A stretch of DNA of 64,000 bases from Candidatus Bathyarchaeia archaeon (lineage in GTDB: Archaea > Thermoproteota > Bathyarchaeia > Bathyarchaeales > Bathycorpusculaceae), in NCBI GenBank assembly GCA_038882955.1, contig JAVZNC010000003.1, forward strand, positions 64,001 through 128,000, written 5' to 3'. The translations under genes and the position numbers were made by a program. How positions within the stretch are numbered: the first letter of the stretch is position 1; each line of letters begins with the position of its first letter. Of the stretch, positions 1 through 10,063 are shown one piece after another. The notes beneath the pieces are model-generated. The model saw nothing but the letters and a program-made list of their open reading frames with translations, searched no databases and was not told where the DNA came from.

Positions 1-762
1 AGCCAATGTCGCCGATGGGAAATCCTTCACGACATAACTCATTACGTCAAGAAGCCACTCCCAACGCTTGACAGCAACAATCCTTCCAGTCGAGAGAATA
101 AGCGGCCAACCTAAACCCTCTCGAACTTCCTTTACGAGCTTTTCGTCCAGAATTTTGAAGGCTTCAGTGTCGACTGGCGGATAGCAAACTTTGGCTTCCA
201 TTCCATAAATCGCCTTTATCCTCTTTGCCGTAAAGTGGCTGTTAGCCAAAACAGCATCAGAGTTCACCACGCCCAAATAATCCAGTTCCTTCAGCAGTGG
301 ACCAGCAACCTTGCCTAACCTAAATATTGTTTCTCTAACATCATTGAACCTCCATAGAGCCCTATCCTCCTCTTTCAAGTAGAGAAAACGCGGTGGAGAA
401 TGAATGTAGCTAACATACTTTTTGCCGTTTAACCTTTTGCTTAAATAGCCTATCCATGGAGCTGGGCCGTAACCGTGGCAGAACAAGACATCCTCTTCTT
501 TCAAGGCTTGCAGAGCTAATGGCGCCAGCGGCATTGACAATATTATTCTTACTGCTGGGTTGTTTGGGATTAAGCGTTTAAAGAAGCTCTTTGTGTAGCA
601 GTGTGGGTTTTTGGTTTCTCTGCGTAGGTTTTTGTCAACATACGCGAAAAAGCATTCTGCGTTATGTCCTCTTTTCCTAAAAAGTTCTACTTGCTTAAGG
701 ATTACTCTCTCCGCGCCTCCCAGTTCTTTTAGGTGGCTATAAAGTATGGCTATTTTCAACAA
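1..762 (-). CDS. GT4-family glycosyltransferase, 3' end outside window
   Basis: Manual translation from TTG near 762/759: LKIAILYSHLKELGGAERV...YIHSPPRFLY...ANSHFTAKRIKAIYG...YPPVD...LSTGRIVAVKR, typical GT-B/GT4 motifs. Confidence 0.8.
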   Translation of the reverse strand, partial: MLKIAILYSHLKELGGAERVILKQVELFRKRGHNAECFFAYVDKNLRRETKNPHCYTKSFFKRLIPNNPAVRIILSMPLAPLALQALKEEDVLFCHGYGPAPWIGYLSKRLNGKKYVSYIHSPPRFLYLKEEDRALWRFNDVRETIFRLGKVAGPLLKELDYLGVVNSDAVLANSHFTAKRIKAIYGMEAKVCYPPVDTEAFKILDEKLVKEVREGLGWPLILSTGRIVAVKRWEWLLDVMSYVVKDFPSATLA

Positions 763-977
763 TTTTCATCCTCGCTTGTTCAGAGCTAGCCAGTTTTCAG
801 CTGTCATTTCCATTTGCCATGTTCGTGTCTGTTTTGGCTTCGTGGGATGGTTCTTCTTTAAACGATTATTAAAAAGTTTTTAGGGGTTCGGAATCCGAAC
901 AAGAAACGCAAGAAGATACACTTAAATTCAACAGTCTTTTCTATACCACAGCACCTAAACGGAAAAGCGAAAAGAAT

Positions 978-2060
978 ATGAGCGAAATACCAAGCGAACC
1001 CACAGAAGCAACAAAGCTTCAGATGGAATTTGAAAGAATAACCACGTTGGTTTTAACGGAATTCCAAATAGAAGAATCCATGCTGGAACACGGTGTGCCA
1101 ACATACTACCTCAAGCAGCCACAAGAAACAAAGCAGCCATTCCTAAACCTGCTCAAAAAACTGGAAGAAATAAACTTTATCGCAGTGCTCCGAAAAATTG
1201 ATGGACGTATAGTCTTAAAAGTAATTCCAAAACCAGCAACAAAGAAAAGCAACACGTTAATTAACTGGATACTATTCTTCGCAACAATAGGAACAACATT
1301 CATAACAGGGTATTTTTTGGCCGAAGGCTTGACAGACCCATTGGTAGGTGGAGTAGCGTTCACAGTTGCGATTATGGCTGTTATTGGAACTCATGAAATG
1401 GGTCATAAGTTAACTGCAAGCAAAAAGGGAGTACAAGCTACGATGCCATACTTTATTCCGGGTCCACCGCCATTCGGAACTTTCGGCGCAGTTATAATGC
1501 AAAAAGAGTTGCCCGCCAACAAGGATGCATTGTTTGACATTGGTTCCAGCGGTCCCATAATGGGTTTTGTCGTAGCAACTGTAGTTATGGCCGTAGGTAT
1601 GACTATGGCTATTCCAGCACCACCTCCACCAGAAGGTTACACAATTTTGCCCACGCCTCTAATTTCTATTATTTTAGGCTATCTGCTTTGGGGCCTTGGA
1701 ATTTTGCCTCCTATTCCACCCAGCGGTCAACTTTTGTTTATGCATCCGGTTGAGTTTGCAGGTTGGGTTGGTATGGTTGTTACTATGCTTAATTTGTTGC
1801 CTGTTGCAATGCTTGATGGTGGGCATGTTGCAAGGTCCTTGGCTGGCGAGAAAGTGAGGACTGTTCTTTCAATTACCTCAATAGCATTATTGATTTGGGA
1901 GGGCTTTTGGGCCATGGCGATACTTGTCCTTTTCATGGCTATGCAGAGGCATCCAGGTCCATTGGATGACGTGTCAAACTTATCTAAAAGCAAGAAAATT
2001 TTAGCATTAATTTTAGTCCTTATTTTTATATTGTCTTTTCCAATTCCCCTTGGAGCTTGA
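978..2060 (+). CDS. site-2 protease (M50) intramembrane metalloprotease
   Basis: HEMGH zinc motif, NLLPVAMLDGGH motif, multiple TM segments. Confidence 0.92.
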   Translation: MSEIPSEPTEATKLQMEFERITTLVLTEFQIEESMLEHGVPTYYLKQPQETKQPFLNLLKKLEEINFIAVLRKIDGRIVLKVIPKPATKKSNTLINWILFFATIGTTFITGYFLAEGLTDPLVGGVAFTVAIMAVIGTHEMGHKLTASKKGVQATMPYFIPGPPPFGTFGAVIMQKELPANKDALFDIGSSGPIMGFVVATVVMAVGMTMAIPAPPPPEGYTILPTPLISIILGYLLWGLGILPPIPPSGQLLFMHPVEFAGWVGMVVTMLNLLPVAMLDGGHVARSLAGEKVRTVLSITSIALLIWEGFWAMAILVLFMAMQRHPGPLDDVSNLSKSKKILALILVLIFILSFPIPLGA

Positions 2061-2188
2061 CTTTGCGCGGGTTCCTTGTTTTGTATTTGTGTTGTGCTCG
2101 TGAACGGCAAGATTTATTAAATATTGCTATGCTTGATACTCTTGAGCGAGCACCTATCAAAAATAGAACATAACAGAAGGCGAAAAAC

Positions 2189-2413
2189 ATGAAGGGCGCA
2201 GCAATATTGCTAACATTCTTCTTGCTTTTTACATCAGCCTCGCTGCTAATTCCCTCACCTATGTTTCCCGGAAACTTTTTCTGCGCCTTAATAGGAGAAG
2301 CCGTAAGCCAATACGCCAATTATTTGAGCGCCCTTTTCAACGGAATATTTTACGGTGTGATTTTGTGGCTTGTCTTTTCGCTGATAAGCAAAAGGCTTGT
2401 GGAAGAAAAGTAG
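2189..2413 (+). CDS. small membrane protein
   Basis: 74 aa, two hydrophobic helices, fills intergenic space. Confidence 0.6.
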   Translation: MKGAAILLTFFLLFTSASLLIPSPMFPGNFFCALIGEAVSQYANYLSALFNGIFYGVILWLVFSLISKRLVEEK

Positions 2414-2438
2414 TTTAAGCATGTGCTCTTTTCTGGAT

Positions 2439-2714
2439 TCATGGCTGCTGCAAAAAGCCGATAAGCCTAATTGTGCTGCCGCATTTGTTGCACATCAAAA
2501 CTAGTTCTGCCAAATCATTGCCCTTAACCCTTGTATCGACAATCTGATAGACCTCTTCCGTTGTATCGTCTGGCGATATTATCGCTCCACATTTTGGGCA
2601 TGGAAACGCCCCGTCTCCATCAATCTTCGTTAAATCCACGGTGTATATCGCACTTTTTTTGGCAGACGCTTTCTTCATCATGTCAAACACATCTTTTCTA
2701 GATTTTGTCTTCAT
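2439..2714 (-). CDS. small Zn-ribbon protein
   Basis: CPKC...CNKC pair. Confidence 0.7.
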   Translation of the reverse strand: MKTKSRKDVFDMMKKASAKKSAIYTVDLTKIDGDGAFPCPKCGAIISPDDTTEEVYQIVDTRVKGNDLAELVLMCNKCGSTIRLIGFLQQP

Positions 2715-2792
2715 GGTTAAACTTGAATATAATTAACAATTATGAATTCAGAATACATATGCAAAATTCATCTGAAATCGATAAGAAAAGTT

Positions 2793-4451
2793 CTAAGAAC
2801 TTACGGCTTTAATTATAGCTGAGTTAAGATTTTGGAACTGGTTAAGCCATTCAATTCTCTCCATCTTCAGCCTTTTGACGTAAGAATCCATTTGTTCTTG
2901 GGAGTAAAACCTTGAAGGGTCAAACTTTGACATTTGTATCCCGTTAACCCTCTTTGGCACATAAGTGTCAAATGTTGGGTAATATTCCCATTCTATAGAT
3001 TTCCTTAAAATTCCGCGTATTATAGCTGCCATCTCTGGAATCTCAACTCTAAGCGCTTCCCTAACAACTCTATTATCGTTTTCGCTTCTTATCTCGCCGA
3101 CTCCGCCAGTGTTCAAAAGGTAACATTCAACCTTATCTTCATGCCTCTTTAAGAAATCGTAAATCCAGTTTCCCTCATAAGCCTCATCACCCACAATGAA
3201 CGGATTTGTGCCAACTTCCCTAACAGATTCTCCAGCACGCTTCGGGTCTCCAGCAGACGTTTCCACAGACTCGCCTAACATGAAGGCTGCCGCGGCTTGC
3301 TCAACGCTTAGTTTCGAGGCTATTGGAACAACAGTGTTTCTTCTCGTAATAAAAATTATAATCAGCCCGTCAACATCTTCTATGGGCGGTAGGTTCACTT
3401 CTTCAGACTTGTCTGAACCTAGGTCTTCTCTTTGTATTATGGCTCTTCCATTCTCTGTTAATGTTACATCGTCAAAGTGCACGTTGCCAAGATAATCAAC
3501 CATGACGTTCTCGAAAATGGTGTTTGTACTTATTGCCGCCCTAAAAATTATTGGCTGAATTTTTGGGTCTAAATATCCAGTTTTAAGGTAAAAGCCTCTT
3601 TCAGAACCAAGCGCTGAACCGTCAGCCCTAAGAAAGACAACATCATCCTGAACAATTTCCTGTCCCTCACCTTCCTCTAATAATCCGTGGTTGTGGCATG
3701 CGTGTGTCGTTTTTCCAGTGGCGCTTAAACCAAATAGAATCATGCTATACCTTTTGATTTTTCCAGAACTGTCTCTTGCTCTAACAATTTTTGCTCCAGC
3801 ATGAATCCCAAGCATCCCACGTTTTTTTGCCTCCCACATAGCCATCCTCAAAAAGCCCTTCTTTGCCTCCCCGTAGTAATCTGAACCAAGAACGTAAGTG
3901 ACCCCCACTTCTGGGAAAACTAGGATTTGCCTATCCTTTTCTTGCCATTCTGGCACTTGAAGCAAATACAGTTCTGGTCCTGGGGCTTCCTCGTGTTTCG
4001 GGAATAGTGTTTGTCCAACTATGTATGCTAGTCTGACCATTTCTGGTCTGTGGACGGACACGTAGTATGTGCAGTGAGGGTTGAAGTAGGTGTTTTCGCC
4101 CATTGTCCTTTCAACACAAACCAGAGGTGCATTCCTTACGTATTTGTGGACTGATTCAACGATTTTAGGAGCGTTTCGAAGGATTTCCTCTTGCCTTTGA
4201 TTTAACCGTCTTTGAAGCACCTTCTCGCTGCCAACATAAACTGTCAGCCAGGCGCTTCGGTTTTTCACGGTTGAAACGAAATTGTAGTTGCCATAAACCG
4301 TCCGCACACCGTACCTTTCAGCTATTTTTCTAAGCTCCATGGGCGCTGGATAAAACACGTTATCGCGATAACGTAAAATCTTCATGGTTTCAAGAACTGT
4401 CTGCAACACGCGTTCTACATCATTTTCTTCCATAATACTATTGACTTGCAT
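2793..4451 (-). CDS. pckA: phosphoenolpyruvate carboxykinase (ATP)
   Basis: YYGEAKKG, HAGAK, FGLSATGKTT P-loop, QDD, TENGRA motifs. Confidence 0.9.
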   Translation of the reverse strand: MQVNSIMEENDVERVLQTVLETMKILRYRDNVFYPAPMELRKIAERYGVRTVYGNYNFVSTVKNRSAWLTVYVGSEKVLQRRLNQRQEEILRNAPKIVESVHKYVRNAPLVCVERTMGENTYFNPHCTYYVSVHRPEMVRLAYIVGQTLFPKHEEAPGPELYLLQVPEWQEKDRQILVFPEVGVTYVLGSDYYGEAKKGFLRMAMWEAKKRGMLGIHAGAKIVRARDSSGKIKRYSMILFGLSATGKTTHACHNHGLLEEGEGQEIVQDDVVFLRADGSALGSERGFYLKTGYLDPKIQPIIFRAAISTNTIFENVMVDYLGNVHFDDVTLTENGRAIIQREDLGSDKSEEVNLPPIEDVDGLIIIFITRRNTVVPIASKLSVEQAAAAFMLGESVETSAGDPKRAGESVREVGTNPFIVGDEAYEGNWIYDFLKRHEDKVECYLLNTGGVGEIRSENDNRVVREALRVEIPEMAAIIRGILRKSIEWEYYPTFDTYVPKRVNGIQMSKFDPSRFYSQEQMDSYVKRLKMERIEWLNQFQNLNSAIIKAVSS

Positions 4452-4462
4452 GTCGTCGCTCC

Positions 4463-5461
4463 TTATAAGCTGTACACAAATCCTGGAATTTTTGGGAAAA
4501 GCTGCGTTTCTCCAATGTGCCTAGCTCCGACAATCCACGCTACAAGCCTTTCAATGCCAATTCCAGCTCCAGCTGAAGGCTTTATTTTTCCTTCTCGCGC
4601 CAAATTCAATAGTACATCAAAGTTTTCCTTTTTTACTCCGTCCCTCTCCATTTTGCTAATAATTTTCTCGTATTCCCATTCCCTTCTCCCACCTGACAGC
4701 ACTTCTCCATAGTTTGGAAGGAACAAGTCATAGTTGTCCCAGAAGCCTTTCTCAAAGTCCTCGAAATCGTAAAATTCTCTTGGGATGTTTATAACCCACA
4801 CTGGTTCGCTTATTTTTGAGAGAAGTTTTTGCTCCCATTTTGCTCCAAGTTCCTCCTCAAGTTCCTTCCTGTCGTAAACCTTGAAAGGCATTTCCGGAAT
4901 TTTAAGGCTATTGAGTCTACCTAAATATGCTAGTTCCTCGCGCATGTTTTTCTTTAAGTTCCATACTAGTTCGCTCACAATCTTTTCGACCAGACTCCTA
5001 ATGCCCATAGAAGAAGCGTTTCTAACTTCAAAATCGAACTGCGTAAACTCGTAGGCGTGGACTCCGCTATATGCTCTTTCGCGCTTTTCTATTCTGACGT
5101 TTGGAGATATTATGAACAACTTTGGATGAACAAGCGAACACGCAACCATCTTATGCACTATCATGCTAAGCGTTACCCTAACGTTTTCCCCATAAACCTC
5201 AATTTCAATGCGCTTCTCAATAGAAGAATCTGGGTCTGGCCACAATGGGTCTGTGGACTTTGAGAAAACCACGGGCAAAAGCCACTCGAATCCCTCGTCT
5301 GAAAACATCTGCGTTAAACACCGCAAAGTGTAAGCCATAACTCTGCTTATACACGCTCTCCTTTGAAGTTCAAATCCAGAGAGCTTTTCCAGCGGCTTGG
5401 GAAACTCGACAGTTTTACCTTTGGAAATGATTATACTTCTTTGCGCGGCTTCACCCTTCAT
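4463..5461 (-). CDS. asnA: archaeal asparagine synthetase A (AsnRS catalytic-core paralog)
   Basis: Class II aaRS core without anticodon domain: SPNVRIE, HAYEFTQFDFE, GEVLSGGRRE, GAGIGIERL. Confidence 0.85.
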   Translation of the reverse strand: MKGEAAQRSIIISKGKTVEFPKPLEKLSGFELQRRACISRVMAYTLRCLTQMFSDEGFEWLLPVVFSKSTDPLWPDPDSSIEKRIEIEVYGENVRVTLSMIVHKMVACSLVHPKLFIISPNVRIEKRERAYSGVHAYEFTQFDFEVRNASSMGIRSLVEKIVSELVWNLKKNMREELAYLGRLNSLKIPEMPFKVYDRKELEEELGAKWEQKLLSKISEPVWVINIPREFYDFEDFEKGFWDNYDLFLPNYGEVLSGGRREWEYEKIISKMERDGVKKENFDVLLNLAREGKIKPSAGAGIGIERLVAWIVGARHIGETQLFPKIPGFVYSL

Positions 5462-5537
5462 ATGTGTACGCCTTTCCTTCGCCAGTGTTATTACCCTTTT
5501 AGAGATGAGATGCTTGATTATAAATTTTTTATAAAAA

Positions 5538-5558
5538 TTTTTGGAATATTTCCAAAAA
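5538..5558. promoter_or_regulatory. inverted repeat TTTTTGGAA-TAT-TTCCAAAAA, candidate Lrp/FFRP operator
   Basis: Perfect 9-bp arms with 3-nt A/T spacer between divergent asnA and Lrp genes. Confidence 0.5.
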
Positions 5559-5572
5559 ATAGAAAAATTTAA

Positions 5573-6118
5573 GTGAATAAATGTAATAATTACAAGATTA
5601 TGGAAGTGAAACTTGACGAGAAGGATTTGGCAATACTAGCGCTAATACAGGAGAACTGCAAACTCACAGCTAAGGAGATTGCAAAAAAAATAGATTCGCC
5701 TATAACAACGGTTTTCGCCAAAATGAAGCGTATGGAAGAGCTTGGCATAATAAAAAAGTACTGCGCAATATTGGATGCCAAACCCCTTGGAAGTGGAACA
5801 ACAGCCTTCATTCTGGCATCAGTCTCTTATGGGGCGAAGGGCAATACTCCGCAGATTTCGCAAAGGGAAATAGCAAACGAAATTGCTAAATTCCCAGAAG
5901 TTCAAGAAGTTCACATAATAACTGGTGACTGGGACCTTTTAATAAAGCTTAAAGCAGAAGACGTCGATGTTATAGGAAAATTTGTCATTGACAAGTTACG
6001 GCTTGTAAAGGGTATAGAGAAAACCTTGACATGCATGGTCTTCGAAACATGTAAGGAAACAACAGCCATACCAATAAAAATTGCAAAGACAAAATCGAAA
6101 GTATTTGCCAAAAGTTAA
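5573..6118 (+). CDS. Lrp/AsnC family transcriptional regulator (start probably ATG near 5600)
   Basis: LDEKDLAIL HTH and VHIITGDWDLLIK RAM domain. Confidence 0.93.
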   Translation: MNKCNNYKIMEVKLDEKDLAILALIQENCKLTAKEIAKKIDSPITTVFAKMKRMEELGIIKKYCAILDAKPLGSGTTAFILASVSYGAKGNTPQISQREIANEIAKFPEVQEVHIITGDWDLLIKLKAEDVDVIGKFVIDKLRLVKGIEKTLTCMVFETCKETTAIPIKIAKTKSKVFAKS

Positions 6119-6122
6119 TTTG

Positions 6123-6560
6123 TCAATGTGTATCAGGCTTGCTTGAATAGTAAAGCAGTGGTAGCGCCAACAAAACAGTATCTCTGCCCCTTTTTGTTAG
6201 GGCATACTTCACTCGTAATGGCGGTCCATCTTCCACAATTCTCTCAACGTATTTATGTTGCCTCAATATTTTCAGCTTATCTGATAATGTTCGTGAGTTT
6301 ATGGCAAGAATCTTTTTCAAATCGTTAAAACTGCTATTTTTCCTTAAGAAAAGAATGTAAAGTATTTCCAAATTCCACTTTCGAGACAACAAATTGAAAC
6401 TCTCTTCTAAACCTTGAATCTCTCCTTTAAGCTTTTCCAAGCTTATCTCTTGGCTTTTTAGAATATAATGAAAAGTGTTTTCTATCCCGTCTATTGTCTG
6501 TTTCATTCGCGCCTCCACAAGCTGGCGAAATTCTTCACTTAAGGTTATTTTTGCGCTCAT
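6123..6560 (-). CDS. HxlR-family winged-helix regulator
   Basis: LSRKWNLEIL...INSRTLSDKLKIL...PPLRVKYALTKRG. Confidence 0.88.
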   Translation of the reverse strand: MSAKITLSEEFRQLVEARMKQTIDGIENTFHYILKSQEISLEKLKGEIQGLEESFNLLSRKWNLEILYILFLRKNSSFNDLKKILAINSRTLSDKLKILRQHKYVERIVEDGPPLRVKYALTKRGRDTVLLALPLLYYSSKPDTH

Positions 6561-6651
6561 CCAATCACACTAGGTGTGAACAAAGTTACCTTACAATTTA
6601 TAAAGGTTTACTTATACAACAAGGTATAAAAATTACACTAGAGATGAGAAA

Positions 6652-8019
6652 ATGTCACGCTTAGGTTTCGACGTGATTGTTGTTGGCGCTGGAACAGCTG
6701 GGTGTCTAGCCGCAAAAACCACGGCAGAAGCTGGGTTAAACGTATGCTTGATTGAAAGGAAAAACAGAGAAGCCATCGGCGAGAAAGTCTGCGGAGACGC
6801 TTTGGGCGAGCATCACCTCAAGAGCATCGGGTTGGAGAAGCCTCAAAGCGGCGAGTTGGAAAAGCGGATTGAAGGAATAAAGATTTATTCGCCTGACATG
6901 GAGACTATTTTCACCGTTAGGCATGAAGATTTTGTTGGTTACCTCTTGAATAGGCGGCTGTTTGGGCAGTGGCTACTGAGAAAGGCGCTTGACAAAGGCG
7001 CCGTCCTTCTGGATACCACGCAGTGCCTCGAACCAATAATTGAAAGAGGTTTCGTTGTCGGCGTCCTTGCGAGAAATATGAGAACCGGAGAAAAGGTAAC
7101 GTTAAGAGGCAAAGTTGTTGTTGATTCAAGTGGCTTCCTTGCTGTTGTTAGGCGAAAACTTCCAGAGGAGATTGGAATAGAGAGGGGAATCGCCAACGAG
7201 GACGTCGAAGCATGTTATAGAGAAATTAGGCAACTCAAACAAGAGGGTAAGAACACTGAATTCTGCGAAATTTACCTAAACCAGAAGGTAACGCCTGGAG
7301 GCTACACGTGGATTTTTCCAAAGGGCGGGGCGAAAGTTAATGTGGGATTAGGCGTTTGCATGCGCGGAAAATTTCCAAACCCAAAAAATCAGTTATATCG
7401 GCATATCTTAACGAAACCTCTTTTTGAGGGTTCACTGCTTCTGGATGGCGGTGCATGGTACGACCCTACACGGAGACCGTTGGACAACATGGTTGGGAAC
7501 GGCGTAATAATAACTGGTGATGCCGCTTGCCTCGTAAATCCAATTCACGGCGGAGGCATAGGTCCTTCAATGCTTAGTGGTTATCTTGCGGGCAAAACGA
7601 TAGTTGAGGCTTTTGAGAAAGGTGATGCTAGCCAAAAATCTTTGTGGCAATATAACTGCAAGTACATGGAATTATATGGAGTCAAGCAGGCTGGACTTGA
7701 CGTTTTCCGTTTTCTGTTGCTGACAAGTCGTGATGAAGACTTGAGTTACGGGATGAAGTATAAGCTTTTAACCGAAGAGGATGTTTTGAAGGCTGGTTTA
7801 GGCGAGGAATTCCACCTAAAAATAAGCGAAACTGCAAAGCGTGTTTTTAGAGGATTAAGGCGCTTAAGCTTCCTAAACAAACTTAGAGTTACAGTCAACC
7901 TCATGGAGCAAGTTAAAATGCATTACAAGAATTATCCAAGGACGCCAGAGCAATTCCAAGAATGGCACGCTAAAAATGAGCGCTTGTTTAGAGAAGCAAG
8001 GTTAAAGCTTATGGGTTAA
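6652..8019 (+). CDS. geranylgeranyl reductase family flavoprotein (DGGGPL reductase)
   Basis: VVGAGTAG FAD motif, KVCGDA, GYTWIFPK, GDAACLVNPIHGGGI. Confidence 0.9.
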   Translation: MSRLGFDVIVVGAGTAGCLAAKTTAEAGLNVCLIERKNREAIGEKVCGDALGEHHLKSIGLEKPQSGELEKRIEGIKIYSPDMETIFTVRHEDFVGYLLNRRLFGQWLLRKALDKGAVLLDTTQCLEPIIERGFVVGVLARNMRTGEKVTLRGKVVVDSSGFLAVVRRKLPEEIGIERGIANEDVEACYREIRQLKQEGKNTEFCEIYLNQKVTPGGYTWIFPKGGAKVNVGLGVCMRGKFPNPKNQLYRHILTKPLFEGSLLLDGGAWYDPTRRPLDNMVGNGVIITGDAACLVNPIHGGGIGPSMLSGYLAGKTIVEAFEKGDASQKSLWQYNCKYMELYGVKQAGLDVFRFLLLTSRDEDLSYGMKYKLLTEEDVLKAGLGEEFHLKISETAKRVFRGLRRLSFLNKLRVTVNLMEQVKMHYKNYPRTPEQFQEWHAKNERLFREARLKLMG

Positions 8020-8056
8020 CATCACATTTAAGAATCCGTAACTGTCATAAACATAT

Positions 8057-8743
8057 TTGAAGCGCATTATCATGAAAGTTGCAGTTTTAGTCACTGGCGG
8101 AAAGGACTCCGCTTTAGCGTTGCACAGAATCCTAAGACAAGGTTACAAAGTTAAATGTTTAGTTAGCATGATACCTTTACGCGAAGACAGCTGGATGTTC
8201 CATTATCCAAACATTCACCTTGTAAAGCTTTTCGCAGAGGCAGCTGAAATTCCACTGGCAAGCGCTGAAACTTCCGGAGTTAAGGAAGAGGAAGTTGAAG
8301 ACCTTAAGCGTCTAATTGCGAAACTTGACGTGGAAATCCTCGTTTCTGGCGCCATAGCATCAAACTATCAAAAATCTAGAATTGAAAGAATATGCGAAGA
8401 GTTGGGAATTAAGTGCCTAACCCCGCTTTGGGGCGAAAAACCACTAGACATTTTGAATGAACTTATAACTTTTAGGTTTGATGCGATAATTACTGGAGTT
8501 TACGCCTACGGCTTCAGCAAAGAATGGCTTGGAAGAAAAATTGACGAAGAAACAATCAAAGCCTTAGTCGTGTTGAATGAGCGTTATGGGGTTTCGGTTG
8601 TTGGTGAGGGTGGAGAGTACGAAACCTTTGTTCTTGACGCTCCATACTTTAAGAAGAAAATAAGAATCGTTAGTGCAGAAAAATTTTGGAGGAACCATTC
8701 TGGGCATCTGCTCATAAAAGAAGCCAAACTTGAGAGCAAATAG
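8057..8743 (+). CDS. dph6: diphthine--ammonia ligase (Dph6 family; start probably MKVAVL)
   Basis: TGGKDS PP-loop, SWMFH, GAIASNYQ, GEGGEYETFV. Confidence 0.85.
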   Translation: MKRIIMKVAVLVTGGKDSALALHRILRQGYKVKCLVSMIPLREDSWMFHYPNIHLVKLFAEAAEIPLASAETSGVKEEEVEDLKRLIAKLDVEILVSGAIASNYQKSRIERICEELGIKCLTPLWGEKPLDILNELITFRFDAIITGVYAYGFSKEWLGRKIDEETIKALVVLNERYGVSVVGEGGEYETFVLDAPYFKKKIRIVSAEKFWRNHSGHLLIKEAKLESK

Positions 8744-8797
8744 ACTATTCGCCCTACAAAAACGTGAACTTTATAGTGTGCCTAGCGCAATTTAAAC

Positions 8798-10063
8798 TTG
8801 GGAAGGCTCATGGTTGAAGAATCAGACGTAATAAACTTTCTAAAGGCTCATGGAGGCAAGGCATCGCTAAGCGACATAGCTGAAGGCTTAGGCATACCGA
8901 AATACGGACCAAAATCAGCCTACGCGTTTTTGCAGTCTTTGAAGGCTAAAGGCGTTATCGAGCGAGTTGGCGAGCTATGGGCATTGAGCATGGAAGAAGC
9001 CAAGCCTATCGAAAAAACTGAAATGGTGCAGCCGAAAGAGGAGGAGAAAAAGGAGGAGGCGGTAGTTCCAGAAGTTGAAAGGCTTATGCGGGCTATGGCT
9101 AAAACAATCGCTGAAGCTATGAGAACAGCCCAAGCGCCAACAGACGAGTGGGAGTTAGCCACAAAGCCAATGACGACAAAAATTGAGAGGAAAGAGGACA
9201 AGCTAAGCGCCTTTGTTTTGAAGCCGGACGAAGCCCTAGAGGCTAAAAAGCCATTGCTTGGCTTTCCAACGGGAACGTTTATAGACAACCTATTTTTAAC
9301 TCCAGACGGCAAACCATTGAATGGCATTCCAGTTTGTGGACAATTTGCAATAACGGGTTTACCTGGCGCTGGGAAATCCATTCTTGTAGAGGAAATAGCC
9401 GTTAGGGTTGCGGCTTCTGGACGTAAAGTGCTTTTTGCAACAGCTGAAGATACCTGGAAGAGTGCCACTCCACGTTTTGATTTGCAATCACGCTTAAAAC
9501 AGAAAGCAGACATCTTAAGTTTAGATTGGGGCAAAATCCGTGAAAACCTATTTGTTCTTGACACGGTGGCTTATCCGGAGCTGCGTGACTGGAACACTTT
9601 TGCTGAAACTTACCGTTATGTTGCTGAAAGGGAGAAAATAGACCTAGCCATAATAGACTCCGTAACTGTGCTTGAGGCGTACCGTGGCGCGCTTAAATAC
9701 CGCGTTATGGAACTCGCACGATACAACCAAGTTCACGGCATAACAGCACTTTATGTTAACCAGCGGAGCTCAGAGGTTTGGGACAGTTATGACATGGCTG
9801 GCGGAATAGGATTAGCCCACAACTTGGACGGAACAATAATAGTTGATTATGGAAGAGTTTACTGGCAAGACCAGCAGGTCGATTTAACCGTTAACAGAGG
9901 CGAATTTGTGCGCATCTCAAGGGTTCTGGACTGTAGAATGTGCAATTTTGAGAGACGCAGAATAAGGGTGGACATAACGCCAGACGGCTTTTTAAGGGCT
10001 GTTGAAACGATACCCAAAACTGGAGAAACGGGATACAGTGAAAATTTAGATGTCAATCGTTAA
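8798..10063 (+). CDS. KaiC/RAD55-like RecA-fold ATPase with N-terminal winged-helix domain
   Basis: Walker A GLPGAGKS, catalytic E in ATAED, Walker B AIIDS, GGIGLAHNLDG; residues ~5-63 wHTH-like followed by an acidic linker. Confidence 0.85.
   Translation: MGRLMVEESDVINFLKAHGGKASLSDIAEGLGIPKYGPKSAYAFLQSLKAKGVIERVGELWALSMEEAKPIEKTEMVQPKEEEKKEEAVVPEVERLMRAMAKTIAEAMRTAQAPTDEWELATKPMTTKIERKEDKLSAFVLKPDEALEAKKPLLGFPTGTFIDNLFLTPDGKPLNGIPVCGQFAITGLPGAGKSILVEEIAVRVAASGRKVLFATAEDTWKSATPRFDLQSRLKQKADILSLDWGKIRENLFVLDTVAYPELRDWNTFAETYRYVAEREKIDLAIIDSVTVLEAYRGALKYRVMELARYNQVHGITALYVNQRSSEVWDSYDMAGGIGLAHNLDGTIIVDYGRVYWQDQQVDLTVNRGEFVRISRVLDCRMCNFERRRIRVDITPDGFLRAVETIPKTGETGYSENLDVNR

Noticed and set aside
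6561-6651. Possible HxlR operator between hxlR and the geranylgeranyl reductase gene
   Set aside because: Only weak imperfect ACCTT/AAGGT symmetry in AT-rich promoter DNA
8920-9564. 214-aa minus-strand ORF and the many other short antisense ORFs
   Set aside because: Shadow frames of well-supported genes
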